DNA of 64,000 bases, taken from Eledone cirrhosa. Lineage: Eukaryota. Below the pieces are notes generated by a model. That model made no database searches, was not told the origin of the DNA, and worked only from the letters and a program-made list of their open reading frames with translations. Location of the stretch: assembly GCA_964016885.1 (NCBI GenBank), contig OZ024745.1, forward strand, positions 132,432,001-132,496,000. Reading direction: 5' to 3'. Within the stretch, counting starts at the first letter, position 1. Every line of letters starts with the position of its first letter. This document shows, in pieces, positions 1 to 14,339 of the stretch. The position numbers were made by a program, and so were the translations under genes.

Positions 1-119
1 ATACGTATGTAAATGCACATGCATATGTTTGCGTGTGTATATATATATACATATATGTATATGTGTATATGCGTATATGTATGTACGTGTGTGTGTATAT
101 GTACGTTTATATATGTATG

Positions 120-2515
120 TCCTGGGGGGCTTCAATGTACATCTGAGTAAGGAGATCAGTGGAGATCCGTGCTGGTACTTCCATAACAACACCAACCGAA
201 ATATAAGACTACTGGAGGCGAACTTGATGGCAACCAACCTACAATTAAGGTAGAATCTGGGGGAGATGTGGACCTACATCTCAGATATGCACCTGTCCAA
301 GTCCCAGATTGATTTCATTCTTTTTAGGAAAATATGTCGGAATAGTGTTCTGAACACAGAACCACACAACTATTTATGTACCCTGGGCAGTGACCACCGG
401 CTTGTCATAAGTGGGGTCCGGGTGAGCTTAAGAAAGAGCAAGGCTCAACCCCGGAGAGCAATCTATGACTAGGGAGCTTTCAAGATAGATAATAAGCTAC
501 AGAAGAGGTTCACAATGGAAGTGAGGAACACGTTGAGTGCTCTATGTGGAGAGGCAGAGGAGAGAGAGATTGGAGGGACCGAGGAGAGTGTAACGAGGAG
601 GTACGGGTACTAATGCAGTGGTGGAAGCAAGTGAGACCCTGCTGCCGAGGAGAAAGAAGAGGAAGCATGTCAGCTCTGCAGACCCAAAAGCGTGTGCAAC
701 CAGATAACACATGAACGCTGCCAAGGACCAATTCTATGCTGATCCTATTGAGGAGAGGAAAGAGAATATGGAGGTGATAAGGGAAGAGTTCTGTACCGCT
801 TACACTGAGGCCAGAGAGGAGGCGCTGATAGAGAAGTTCAGAAGTGTGGGGAGACCGGTGGACAGGTCCGGGTAAGGAGAGCTGGATGATCATCAGCGAG
901 ATCACAAGGAGGAAGAGAAGGGTTTTGAGTCAGATCCAGGGAACAGGGCCCAAGCATAGGACGAAGAAATGTCTGGACCATTTTAGGACCCTCCCAGCCC
1001 AGAACACTGGCGAGTTCGGGCGGCTGTTTGAGCAACTGAATATTGAGACAGGACCCTTCACCAGTGAGGAGCTATAGAGAGCTAAGAATAAGATCAAGGA
1101 GGGCCAGGCAAATGGAGAAGATGGAGTGGCATCAAAGGTGATGAAGAGGTATGATTTTGATGATATCATCCTGGAGTTCTGTAACCAGGCACTGGAGAAA
1201 GGAGTTGCCCCGAATCACTGGAGGATCAGTAACATCGTCCCAGTGCCAAAGAAGGGAGATCTCTCTAATACCAACAGCTACAGGGTGATCTCACTGACAT
1301 CACTTGTTGCAACGACCCTCAACAAGATGATTCTTAACAGGATACAGCCCGAGAGGGAGAAGAAGCTCAGGGACAACCAGAACGGCTTCAGAGAGGGAAG
1401 ATGAACCACCAGTCAGATCCTGACGCTGAGGTGGATATTAGAGGGAGCTAGAACAAAGTGCCTTCTCGCGGACATGGTTTTCATTGACTTTAGGAAGGCA
1501 TTTGATTTTGTGGATCGTCACTGCCTGATGAAGATCTTACAGGCTTATGGAATCCCCAGGAAGATAGTCGACCTGATATCACTGTTCTACACCAACACCA
1601 GAGCCCAAGTCATTACACCTGATGGGATGACAGAGTTCTTTGAGTTACTGGCTGGAGTGCTCCAGTGAGATACATTGGCTCCCTACCTTTTTATCATCGC
1701 AGAGGTCTAGTGTATGTGCCTTGTGCTGGAGAAACACCAGGACTCTGGCTTTACTGTAACACTGGCTCATAGCAGAAGAGTTAAGGCGAAAAAAATATCA
1801 GATGCTGAATGTTCCGACGGCATAGTTCTGGTGAGAAAAACAGTGAAGGATACAGAGGAGTTGATGCAGGAGGTGGAGACTGTGTCGATGAGTGTGGGGC
1901 TGAGAATGAATGAGATTAATATGAAGTATCTGGTAGAAAACATTGAGAAGCCAGAGAAGATTATGAATGTAGGTGGGAAGCCGCTAGAATTGGTTGAGGA
2001 CTTCCTGTATCTGGGAGCGAAGATTTGGAATACAGAGGATGATGTGGTTGAGAGGAAAAAAAGCCTGGGCGGCGTGCCTGTGTCGGTGTGGAAGTCGTAA
2101 AGACCTTCGTTGCTACAATGGAGTCTGTGCTGCTGTATGGGTCTGAGATTTGGACACTGACCAAGAACTCACTCAGATGGTGGATGGGTGCTACACGAGA
2201 ATGCTGAGGATGGCTCTGAACATTAATCAGTATACACTGAGAATGAAGAACTCAGAGCTGTACGGGAGAATCCTAAAAGTCATCTCGAGAGTGGCACAGA
2301 GGAGACTGAGGTTAGCTGGGCATGCTCACCAACATCCAGAGTTGACACTGCACTCAATGCTCCTGTGAGAGCCCCTGCACGGACACACTGGAAGAGGGAG
2401 ATCGAGGTTAACATATGTTGATGCCCTAAGGACAGGCACCGGTCTGTTGGAGCCGAAGGGCATGGCAACGGTGATGATGGACAGAGACCGCTGAAGAGAA
2501 CTCGTCCACTCGTCC
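120..2515 (+). mobile_element. Decayed RTE-type non-LTR retrotransposon ORF2 (APE endonuclease + RT)
   Basis: Collinear broken ORFs: LGGFNVH, QIDFIL, GSDHRLV (APE); WRISNIVPVPKKGDLSNTNSYRVISLTS, NQNGFREGR, FIDFRKAFD, GVLQ*DTLAPYLF, FLYLG (RT); many stops and frameshifts. Confidence 0.9.
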
Positions 2516-2686
2516 ATATATATATATATGGTATTAGGATTGGTGCTCTGAAATAGCGATGTATACATGAATGTATGTATAGTATATTTCGCAATATACC
2601 GTATGTTTAATTAAAAACATTTAGAAGACCATCCGCTATCAGTTTTAAAGTAGTGACTATCACACTTACTTTTTTTCGGCGAAAGA

Positions 2687-2728
2687 AGCTGACAGTCTGT
2701 TTCACACTGGTTGGCGTTCATCAGAGCC
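2687..2728 (-). ncRNA. Minimal type-I hammerhead ribozyme, intact core
   Basis: Minus strand GGCT-CTGATGA-ACGC-CAACCA-GTGT-GAAA-CAG-A-CTG-TC/AGCT: stem I GGCT/AGCT, stem II, short stem III, GUC cleavage site; host repeat 2530-2730 is homologous to 47245-47455. Confidence 0.85.
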
Positions 2729-3878
2729 ACGTACTCCCTTGCATTGTTTTCACTTATTGAGGTTAATTTTTGGTCGTGTGTCGTACAGAGGAATGGCACC
2801 GTTCTACACACACTCAACTGGTGTGCATACATTGCTGACATATGGAGTTTTGTTGAACAGGATATTGTCGCATGTAGGGCAGTCATGATCAAGGGTCAAC
2901 TCTATCCTAAAACACAATATGAAGTAAATCTATTGCCGTCGTGATGTCAAAATGTTAGACTACCAACTCACTATCTAATATGAATGCCGAAACAGTCTAC
3001 CTATAAATCTTAGTGAAGCATGTTGAAAATATACAAAACTCTCCTACCGGATTATGAAGAAGATAATCAAGATTATTTGCAACAACCATAATAATTACTG
3101 CTATCCAATGTATTTATGTGGGATAATGTCACAGTCACAGAATTGTCTAGTTAGGTCTGATTATTTCACTTCATTTAGCCCTTTCAATTTCCTATTGCCT
3201 GAATTATCGACATGCCGTCACAAACCTAGAACAGCTAATTGTAGGCCTACTTATTCCTGGTGGGCAACTGGTGTTTAGACGAGATTCTCACGACGTCGAG
3301 TAATTAACCGTATCGTTGAGAACATGGTGAAATCTTTGAACTCATAATGGAAAGGACCGGAATAAATACCAAAGTTTGAACAATATATTTATTGACCCTG
3401 AAATTATGAAAGGGAAATTAACATCGGTGGTATTTGAATTCAGAGCGCAAAAAGCCCCAGATCAAAATACTGCAACGCTCTAACGATCGACCAAAATTTG
3501 GCAAAATATTGTCCAAAACAAAGAAAACAATTGAAATTGCAAAATAACATTGTATATTAAAGAAATTGATCATTTTTATCAGTTTCTTAAGTTAAAAGTA
3601 AAATTTAAAAGTTAAATGTAGTCTTATCAATATATTCTCTGTTCTAATTACTTTCCTACTTTGTTCTCTCCCCAACTCACATGCCAAATAAAAACAGTTA
3701 TCTCTCTTTCGAAAAACTGATTAAATCAATCGAACCATTTTCAAATAATTTAATATTTAAATATTGTAGAGCCGATATATTTTGAAATATGATCTTTTGT
3801 ATATATATATCCATATCTATGTCTGAATATATTTATGCACCTGCCCCTCTCTCTTTCTCCCGCAATCTGTCTAGCTCC

Positions 3879-3940
<62 letters not shown>

Positions 3941-4038
3941 ATATATATATACATACATATATATATATATATTATAATATTCTTATTGGCAACATGACCC
4001 TCCCAAAGTATAACAATATATATTATATATTATATGTG

Positions 4039-4075
<37 letters not shown>

Positions 4076-4122
4076 AGAACCGAATAAATTTCTTTTACTG
4101 CATCTTTCTGTTCTTTTTAATT

Positions 4123-4178
<56 letters not shown>

Positions 4179-4301
4179 ATATATATATATATATATATAT
4201 ATATACATTCATATAATTATATATTATATGTGTATAATATATATATATATATATATATATACATACATATATATATATATATATTATATATTATGTGTAT
4301 A

Positions 4302-4334
<33 letters not shown>

Positions 4335-4344
4335 CATATACACG

Positions 4345-4390
<46 letters not shown>

Positions 4391-4394
4391 CACG

Positions 4395-4434
<40 letters not shown>

Positions 4435-4483
4435 CACGCACACATATATATATATATATAATATTATATTATACATATATATT

Positions 4484-4652
4484 GGCGTTGGATTGGCAGT
4501 ATCGGTAGAGGGTCTGACGCCATGCTTTCCAGCATAGTTACGTCCCTTTACGATCTGAGTTGACTTTGCCTTTCATCCTTACGGGGGCGATAAAATAGGT
4601 ACCAGTAATGCACTGGGTTATTGCTGGCCTTGTGCCTAAAGTAGAAACAATT
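4484..4652 (+). mobile_element. tRNA-headed Nin/Deu-domain SINE
   Basis: A-box-like TGGCAGTATCGG, core GCCTTTCATCCTTACGGGG..GATAAAATA, internal deletion over the B box, ~20-bp AT-rich TSD. Confidence 0.85.
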
Positions 4653-4679
4653 ATATTATACATATATATTATATATTAT

Positions 4680-4867
4680 AATTGTTTCTACTTTAGGCAC
4701 AAGGCCAGCAATTACCCAGTGCATTACTGGTACTTTATTTTATCGACCCCGTAAGGATGAAAGGCAAAGTCAACCTCGGCGGGATTTGAACTCAGATCGT
4801 AAAGGGACGTAACTATGCTGGAAAGCATGGCGTCCGACCCTCTACCGATACTGCCAATCCACCGCCC
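4680..4867 (-). mobile_element. Nin/Deu-domain SINE, full length, tail-to-tail with the previous copy
   Basis: Reverse complement contains A box, B box GAGTTCAAATCC and the Nin core. Confidence 0.9.
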
Positions 4868-6052
4868 TTTATATTATATATTATAATATACATATATTAT
4901 ATATGTACATTCATATATAGACATATAACTTATAAATATATATATATATATATACACTCTACTACCCTAAGTATTGAGTACTTTGGTGCGTTATGGTCCA
5001 CCTGGTTCCTTACCACATTTCCTCCGTTATATATATATATATATATGATATATTATAATACATGTGTATGTATACATGAGCGCATGCAAATGCACCGTTG
5101 TATGGAAACCCATACATTCCTCTGCAGATATTAATACATACCTGAATACAAGACATCCAGAGACGTGCTAAGAAAGGATGAAACAACATTTTGCAAAGAT
5201 AATATTCTTTCTACTTTCATTAAAATAAATCAATTGTGTTCTTATTTTTTTTACTGTTGTTATTACCTTTTTCTGTACATACACTTTCACACATATATAA
5301 AGATATAAGTGTGCGTGTGTTTACAAGCAAATATATTTATATATATATATATATGTGTGCGTGTGTGTGTGTGTGTGTTAGTACAGACGTGTTTTTGTAT
5401 ATGTATATGTAAATATATATATATATATTGTATATGTATTTGTATATGTATGTAAATATATATATATATATATATGATGGAGGATGTATTTTAAATTGAG
5501 TTATGCTGACTCCAGTGTTTAGCAATTTCTGGACAACTCTATCATGGAAACAATTGTTAGACTGTAAATAAACCTCCTTGTTTGTACTGTTGACCATGCT
5601 ATTCTTCACCTTTTCAATTTTATATATATATATCAAATTTCATGCGCTTGTGTCTTCCTACCTTTCCCTTGCCATACTATCTTTGTTTGTTTACATGACT
5701 CGCTCGTTTCACCCTATTTTGTCCCAATAACTTTATTTGTTATTGCTCGCGCCAACTAGAGGTATATGATTTTTAAAGCGATGAAATACCAATGAAAGTT
5801 GGAAGATCACTGATGAAGGACTAATTTTATTCATATGTAACCCATGTGCGACCACGCAGGGCTCCATTTTTCTCATGCTTATATGTTTTCCTCAGCTGCG
5901 ATTGTCTTTTTCTTTCTTACTCTCTCTCCTCTTTTTACCCCCTCTGCCAGTCACACTCTCTCTCTGCTGGTCTCTTCCTCACACTTCCACTGACTCACTC
6001 TCTGCTTCTCCCCCTCTCTCACTTCCTCCCGTTTGCCCTGTGTGAAACCCTT

Positions 6053-6097
6053 TTCCTGATGATTTCTAAAGAATGAAACAGTTCTAGTCCTGTAGAA
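6053..6097 (+). ncRNA. Hammerhead ribozyme-like motif (repeat family E)
   Basis: TTC-CTGATGA-TTTC-TAAA-GAAT-GAAA-CAG-ttctagtc-CTG-TA/GAA; homologues at 30037-30088 (-) and 33755-33862. Confidence 0.65.
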
Positions 6098-6183
6098 TCT
6101 CATCTATATTAAAACTTTTATACTCTGCTATGTATTGAGTACCTTACTTACTGTGGTTACCACCGATTCAACCCGGAATAACG

Positions 6184-6215
<32 letters not shown>

Positions 6216-6582
6216 GTGACCACACACACACTGTGAGAAGAATATTCGTCGTGGGTATCCGTTGAAAAGCAATACACATGTAACTCTCTTCACAGAATTG
6301 TGTGAAGCAGTTCTACCCGTAAGCTGTCTGGATACATGAAAGCTGTCAAGGTAGGTTCGTATATCTCAATTCATCTTTTGATTGAGTTATTGTAGTCAGT
6401 ATTCTCTTCACCCTGGTGGTTTCTGTCCCTTGTGATTTGAACACATATAGTTATATCCCCGTGTTCGACTCTCCTTACAGTATAATAAGGCTCGGAAAGA
6501 AATTCCTTGAGCTATTTTCATTATAGGGGACTATTTTGAGTTTTTAACTCAATATAATTTTTTGATAAATTGTCATCCCCCC

Positions 6583-6614
<32 letters not shown>

Positions 6615-6621
6615 GTCTCTG

Positions 6622-6666
<45 letters not shown>

Positions 6667-7153
6667 CTCTCTCTCTCTCTATCTCTCTTTATGTCTCTCT
6701 CTCTACATGTGTGTGTGTGTGTGTCTGGAGTCCAGAATAGCCGTCGAAACGGCTCGAGCTTTGCCGTCGGGGTCTTGAACATTTTCCTATATATATATAT
6801 ATATTCTTATATTAATTGTGAGATGGTGTTTCATATCAAATTACCTCACCCTACTTTCCCTGTGTCATCGAATTTTACGAAAGCTCAATTTTGTACGCCT
6901 AGCATTACTCTTGTAAGACAACTTACCTGTCAATGAATGAATAATTATTTACCAACATTCGCCATATATTTTAGGCCTTAAAACGTCGCTTTTATTATGT
7001 CAACTATATTTTATAAACATGAGTTATATAATGATGGAAATATCAAAAAGAAAGATAAAAACAAAATAAAGCAATGAAAATACAAGGGGTAAAAGTGTAA
7101 ATGAGCGCAGATCTGGTTGTATAGAGAAGTTAAAGAAGGACGATAAATGTCAT

Positions 7154-7496
7154 AATTGTTTCTACATTTAGCACAAGGCCAGCAATTACCCAGTACATTA
7201 CTGGTACTTTATTTTATCGACCCTGTAAGGATGAAAGGCAAAGTTAACCTCGGCGGGATTTGAACTCAGAATTGGCAAGGGCCGTAACTCTATGCGTCAA
7301 AGTATGGCGTCCGACCCTCTACCGATAGTAAATGTCATAATTGTTTCTACTTTTGGCACAAGGCCAGCAATTAGCCAGTACATTACTGGTACTTTATTTT
7401 ATCGACCCCGTAAGGATGAAAGGCAAAGTTAACCTCGGCGGGATTTGAACTCAGACCGTAAAGGGACGTAACTATGCTGGAAAGCATGGCGTCCGA
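7154..7496 (-). mobile_element. Two tandem Nin-domain SINE copies inserted at the same site in the minisatellite edge
   Basis: Copies 7154-7327 and 7339-7496, separated and flanked by the duplicated target (T)AAATGTCATAAT. Confidence 0.88.
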
Positions 7497-8907
7497 ATGT
7501 CATAATGAGGGCAGATTTGGCTGTATAGGGAAGTTGAAGAAGGACAATAAATGTCATAATGAGGGCAGATTTGGCTGTATAGAGAAGTAGAAGAAGGACG
7601 ATAAATGTCATAATGAGGGCAGATTTGGCTGTATAGGGAAGTTGAAGAAGGACAATAAATGTCATAATGAGGGCAGATTTGGCTGTATAGAGAAGTAGAA
7701 GAAGGACGATAAATGTCATAATGAGGGCAGATTTGGCTGTATAGGGAAGTAGAAGAAGGACGATAAATGTCATAATGAGGGCAGATTTGGCTGTATAGGG
7801 AAGTTGAAGAGGGACGATAAATGTCATAATGAGAGCAGATTTGGCTGTATAGGGAAGTTGAAGAAGGACAATAAATGTCATAATGAGGGCAGATTTGGCT
7901 GTATAGGGAAGTAGAAGAAGGACGATAAATGTCATAATGAGAGCAGATTTGGCTGTATAGGGAAGTTGAAGAGGGACGATAAATGTCATAATGAGAGCAG
8001 ATTTGGCTGTATAGGGAAGTTGAAGAGGGACGATAAATGTCATAATGAGAGCAGATTTGGCTGTATAGGGAAGTTGAAGAAGGATAATAAATGTCATAAT
8101 GAGAGCAAATTTGGCTGTATAGGGAAGTTGAAGAAGGATAATAAATGTCATAATGAGGGCAGATTTGGCTGTATAGGGAAGTAGAAGAAGGACGATAAAT
8201 GTCATAATGAGGGCAGATTTGGCTGTATAGGGAAGTTGAAGAAGGACGATAAATGTCATAATGAGAGCAGATTTGGCTGTATAGGGAAGTTGAAGAAGGA
8301 CAATAAATGTCATAATGAGGGCAGATTTGGCTGTATAGGGAAGTAGAAGAAGGACGATAAATGTCATAATGAGGGCAGATTTGGCTGTATAAGGAAGTTG
8401 AAGAAGGACGATAAATGTCATAATGAGGGCAGATTTGGCTGTATAGGGAAGTAGAAGAAGGACGATAAATGTCATAATGAGGGCAGATTTGACTGTATAG
8501 GGAAGTTGAAGGATAATAAATGTCATAATGAGGGCAGATTTGGCTGTATAGGGAAGTAGAAGAAGGACGATAAATGTCATAATGAGGGCAGATTTGGCTG
8601 TATAGAGAAGTAGAAGAAGGACGATAAATGTCATAATGAGGGCAGATTTGGCTGTATAGGGAAGTAGAAGAAGGACGATAAATGTCATAATGAGGGCAAA
8701 TTTGGCTGTATAGGGAAGTTGAAGAAGGATAATAAATGTCATAATGAGGGCAGATTTGGCTGTATAGGGAAGTAGAAGAAGGACGATAAATGTCATAATG
8801 AGGGCAGATTTGGCTGTATAGGGAAGTTGAAGAAGGACGATAAATGTCATAATGAGGGCAGATTTGGCTGTATAGGGAAGTAGAAGAAGGATAATAAATG
8901 TCATAAT
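7496..8907. repeat. 57-bp minisatellite, ~25 copies
   Basis: Unit AATGTCATAATGAGGGCAGATTTGGCTGTATAGGGAAGT(T/A)GAAGAAGGAC(G/A)ATA; one unit has a 3-bp deletion; a diverged unit lies at ~7099-7156. Confidence 0.97.
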
Positions 8908-9991
8908 TGTGAAGAAAAGGTGGGAAAAGCCAACAATCTTCAGACAGCGAGAGAAAGAGAAGCGAAAAGGGAAAAGGTTGATACACTCTGTACCTCGGTC
9001 GGGGCGGTGTTTAGGTTGCACCGCGTGGACAAATTTTGCAAAGGCTTATATCTGCAGGAACTCACAGTTTTAGTAAGAAATAGTAATAACTGTATATTGC
9101 AGATATTTCAGCATATTTCGTGAAGAATATGTTCTGTTTCTACTCCGATAGCTGCCGAATATTTTGTTGGTGAATCTATCTATCTTCTTCTTCTTCTTCT
9201 TCTTCTTCTTCTTCTTCTTCTTCTTCTTCTTCTTCTTCTTCTTCTTCTTCTTCTTCTTCTTCTTCTTCTTCTTCTTCTTCTTCTTCTTCTTCTTCTTCTT
9301 CTTCCTCATGCTCAACGAGGCCTGGGTCCACCTAAGCCAGCGATCCCACAGCCAGGACATTTCCTACATAAAATGTATTACTTACATATATCAAGAAATA
9401 GTCTTAAAATAGTGTGGCTGTGTCATTCTAAATATTACCAGGCTGTATTTAATATGTACATTATGGCTGATGTATCTATAAAGATTGATTAAAGGAATTC
9501 GAGTTGTTAGATTTTCTCGAAAGATTAAATGTAAGTTGCGTGAGGAAAGTAGAGAAATGAGAAAATGTTATTTGGATCAAGATTTGTTTCGTTTGATAGG
9601 AAGTTTGTCAGAAGGTGGTAGTTTAATACAGTCAAGGTGATGTGCTGCTGGATGTTAAGGAGATGAAAAGTATGAAGATAAAAGGAAGTGATAAGTTAAT
9701 ATGAAAGGTTATGGAGTATGTCAGGAGGGTATCAAGAGTCAGCCGATCTGAGGGCAAGGTTAGTTAATGAGAAAAACTAAAAGAATAGCAACAAAATTAT
9801 TCTCTGAACAACCAATTAAATTACTACTTACCGACATGTATGAATCTGTTTGATTGTCAAGTGTACCATTAATTAATGATATAAACTTTAATCTTCCTGG
9901 GCATTTCATTAATACCTTCATAAGCACATATATCTAACTATACGTCGATCAATCAATCCATAAGTCTCTCTATCTGACCCCACCACACACA

Positions 9992-10164
<173 letters not shown>

Positions 10165-13100
10165 CTGTATATATATATGTATATATATATATATACATAT
10201 ATATGTGTGTGTGTGTGTTTGTGACCTGGCTCCTTTAGGTATATTTGTTTATGAATAGTTTTCTATGAATGAAGTGGCCATACAGTATATGTTAGAAAGT
10301 ATGTATATGTTGCAGATTTCACAGTATATCAATTCATAATATATTGCTACAATATAGTTTTGCTTTAAAATGCTACTGATATCATATTTTGTAAAAGCCT
10401 GATATATCCTTTAGTGTGTACCGTATATACTGATATATGTGATTTATTATTTGCTTCAAAGCAAATAATAAATAAAAATATTCGTTATCTATAACAACCG
10501 TAATGTACACACAAAACGTTTTTATCGCCAGGAGGGAGAGCAAGGAAACATAATGTTTTAGAAACCAGCGAGACTGCTGGAAACATTACGTGACCAGAAA
10601 GTAACATTCGTTAAACGCATTCGCGAACCAGCTGTCAGTAGAAAAGCATAGAACGGATTAAGTCTATCACCCAAATATATCACAAGAAGATTGGAACTCA
10701 CAGCGCAAAGAAACGGAACAAATACCTCAAGGATTTCCGTCCGTCACCCCAATCCTAGATCGGTGCTAAATCTGTCGGCTCTTGGAAAAATTTAAAGAAT
10801 AATTTATTTCGGCAGTATTTTGGGTGGCATTTTAACACTTCTGTCTTTTCAACGTTAGGAAGAAATTACTATCAGCGTCTCAAGGTGCCCACAATACATT
10901 CTTCTCTCCATAAAATCTGTAGTCACCTTTATATATAAATATTTGTGTTTCAGATAAATACTCCACTTTATATCCTTCGCGGTAAATACATTGCTTTAAT
11001 GTTTTCCAGGAAGGCAATGACTTCGCAAACCATTGGCTAATTTGTCATGTTTTTATTTCATTCACATAATCCATCGTTAAACGTTATTTAAAGTATATAT
11101 TTGCAGTGTAAATATGCTTTATTTCGTCAACAATAAATGGGAAGTTCGCAGTCAAATCATTATCAATATCAAATTTAGTGAATATCCACATTTGAAAACA
11201 ACAGAAATAACGACGAAACTCAGTAGAAGGAAAACAGTTAAATTGTTTCAAGTAATAAACAGCAATGTCTGTTAAATGATCCAGTATTTCGTGATTTTAA
11301 TACTCATTGTCAATTTAAAATTCCCTATTCACTACATTTATATGTTTTATGTTAAAGATTTTCTACACTGACGATATATTTATTATAATAAATAAAGTAC
11401 CAGTAATACACTATGATAATTGCTGGCCTTGTGCCAAAAGTAGAAACAACTTATTATTCCTGATGAAACTTTACACATATGTTAAGCTAATATTCAGGAC
11501 TGGCTAATTGGTTGTCAATAAAAATCAATAATGGAACCCCTGGGGACATTTTTACAATGGAAGAGGAAAGAGAAGACGTTTCAGTGAGAGAGGGGAAGAA
11601 GAGATACTACTACTGTATGTTACCTCCCCCCCCCACACACACACTACTCCCCTTCCTCCTCCCATAACTCAGTCCTCCAAAACGAGGCAACAACTTATTA
11701 GAAATATGCATAAAGAAATTTTAAACAAAGCAGACGACAATCTAATTTGGTTGACGACTGAACAGGTGTCTCTGTATATCTATCTCACATCCACTGATAT
11801 GTATTCTGAACACATGCACACTCTTAGCTCACATGAAGGTCAACTGCAGGAATCGGTGATAAGTTACAAAAAAGTGTGATGATCAATGATCTGGAAGTCG
11901 GCTTACCATGAGATTAGTCCGAAGAATAAAACCCAAATCGTATGTTGACGAATATTCGTACTCCCGGCATGTTAATTGTAACATGTCGTCTTTGAGAATA
12001 GAGTTTATTTTGTCGATATTTCGAGGTGTCGGATCGTGGGAAGATTAACACGAATTAAGAAGATGTAACTTCTCCCCCATTATTGACACTTTGCAACAGT
12101 GAACGTTACAATGCCCTCTTTAGGACCAGCACTTCTGATTGTTTATCCGACTTATTATAGTGTATTTTCTCGAGTTATGTCTACTATAGGGGGAAAACGG
12201 AATGCTTTTATTGAATTGCTTCAGTCATTCGAAGGGCTTTACAAACGGTGATATACAAGGTGATGAACAATACATGAATATGTTCACACGGTTATAATTT
12301 CTTCAATAATTGCGATGATTTCCTCAATTGTTCTATGTTTGTTCTTGAGCCCTGAGGCAGTAAGTTTGCTATTCTTATACATAAGTTTGTTGAATAAGTT
12401 CGATAATCTTCGAGCTCAAATTTCCACAGTTTATTCACTCTGTATGAAGAAATCTGGATGGAAGAAGGAGTTATGACTTAAACAGTTATTGATAGTTCAA
12501 CACAAAAAATTGATCTGCCATAAACACAACTAGCAAAGGTTGCTATTGAAAATCCAGTATGGGCACCCAAGGTCGCTAGCATTTTCAGGTGCACTCTGGG
12601 TATTATCCGGTACTGCAGCTAGTATCTTATAAACATATATTTGTCAAGTGTTTCTTTGATAGAATATTATATTAAAGTAATACAACTTTCCAAAGATACC
12701 TGCTTATTTCGAGAATGCTTCAGTGGAAAAAAAAAATCTGTTGTACAAAGTAATCTAACAAACCATTATTGTTTAGTCAGATTTCTGCGCAGTGTTGAAT
12801 AATGCACAATTGCCCACACCTGCACATGTAATGTACTGTAACACAGCTATTTACTTAACTAACAGCTTCCAGGTAACGTATCTCTTTTGTAAGCTGTTTT
12901 AAGAGAAAACAAGATGCTATTCGCGATAAAGTCATCACTAATTAAATGTACAGTCCCCATTTGGCTGTCATAAAAAATACACGTTTTCTACTTAATTTAT
13001 TATTGTCTAATAATTAATTAAGTAGTAAAGGAGTTGTGAAGCAATGAAAGTGAAATGTTTGGAGAAATACAATTTTGCGATAATTTCCCACTAAATTTTA

Positions 13101-13314
13101 ATTATTGAAATGAAGAAAAAAAAAAAATCAGAGATTCTACCCAGGAATAATTTAACGGAAAAATACTTTGTTTAAATTGTTTTTGAAAGCTATAATTAGG
13201 AATCAATGCACACACACGTACACAAACACATACGCACAGACAGAAGGGCACATATACGTCCACACACATTCACACACACATATATATATATATATGAATA
13301 GTTTTGAAAGGTTC

Positions 13315-13365
<51 letters not shown>

Positions 13366-13434
13366 AACATTTCTGTATCTGCTGTAACGCGGCTAAAACC
13401 TCGATATATACCTATTGTATATATATATATATAT

Positions 13435-13828
13435 GGTAAATTTTTTTAAGTCGTTTGGAAGCCTCGACAATGCAGATGGGTAAATCTCCGGGTAACAAGA
13501 TCCGGTGGTGGTGAGAGAGATGTAAGTGGGTGTACGTTGAGATGCGTGACTGCAGCGTGTAGAGGAATGAAGGAAAGAGCGTGAAGGATAAAATAACAAC
13601 ACGAGATATATAGGGACAATTAAATCTCTCCCAAGGTAACTCTTTCTCGTGTTGTTATTTTTATTTTTATCCTTCACGCTCTTTCCTTCATTCCTCTACA
13701 CGTCTTATACACGCCACGCATCTCAACGTACACCCACTTACATCTCTCTCACCACCACCGGATCTTGTTACTCGGAGATTTACCCATCTGCATTGTCGAG
13801 GCTTCCAAACGACTTAAAGAAATTTACC
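13435..13828. repeat. Fold-back element, ~170-180-bp arms, ~40-bp spacer, between (TA)n tracts
   Basis: 13435-13605 is the reverse complement of 13645-13828 with few mismatches. Confidence 0.92.
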
Positions 13829-13867
13829 TTATTATTCCACAATGCTTCAAGCAAACTTCAATACTCT

Positions 13868-14045
<178 letters not shown>

Positions 14046-14339
14046 TACATTATAATTCACTCGGTCTAAAAATTATTGAGCTAAAATATCGACAAATCTA
14101 TAATTATTTGTTACATGAGGTGAAAATGTTCTTCCAATAAGTATTGATGATGGTTTAATAGTTATCGGAATGTAGAACTCATGGATATTTATGAACAATT
14201 TTGTTATGTTCTAAGAAGACAATTTCCAAATTGCCCAGTGTTGCCTGTATGTTAAATAAGATAATAAACAAAACTGAAGGTGTATAAACATATTGGCAGA
14301 GAGACACACATACTCTCCTTACAACTTCATCAGCTCCTC

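Noticed and set aside
4484-4560. tRNA genes at SINE heads
   Set aside because: Only A/B-box-like remnants attached to SINE bodies; no cloverleaf.
7496-8907. CRISPR-like array (also 36521-36865)
   Set aside because: Units are contiguous with no unique spacers; eukaryotic context and no cas genes.
7429-9021. 530-aa and 504-aa ORFs as real protein genes
   Set aside because: They are translations of a 57-bp tandem repeat running into a SINE; no domain or splice context.
11760-12630. Coding-like composition suggesting a gene or transposase relic
   Set aside because: Multiple stops in all frames examined and no motif I could recognise.
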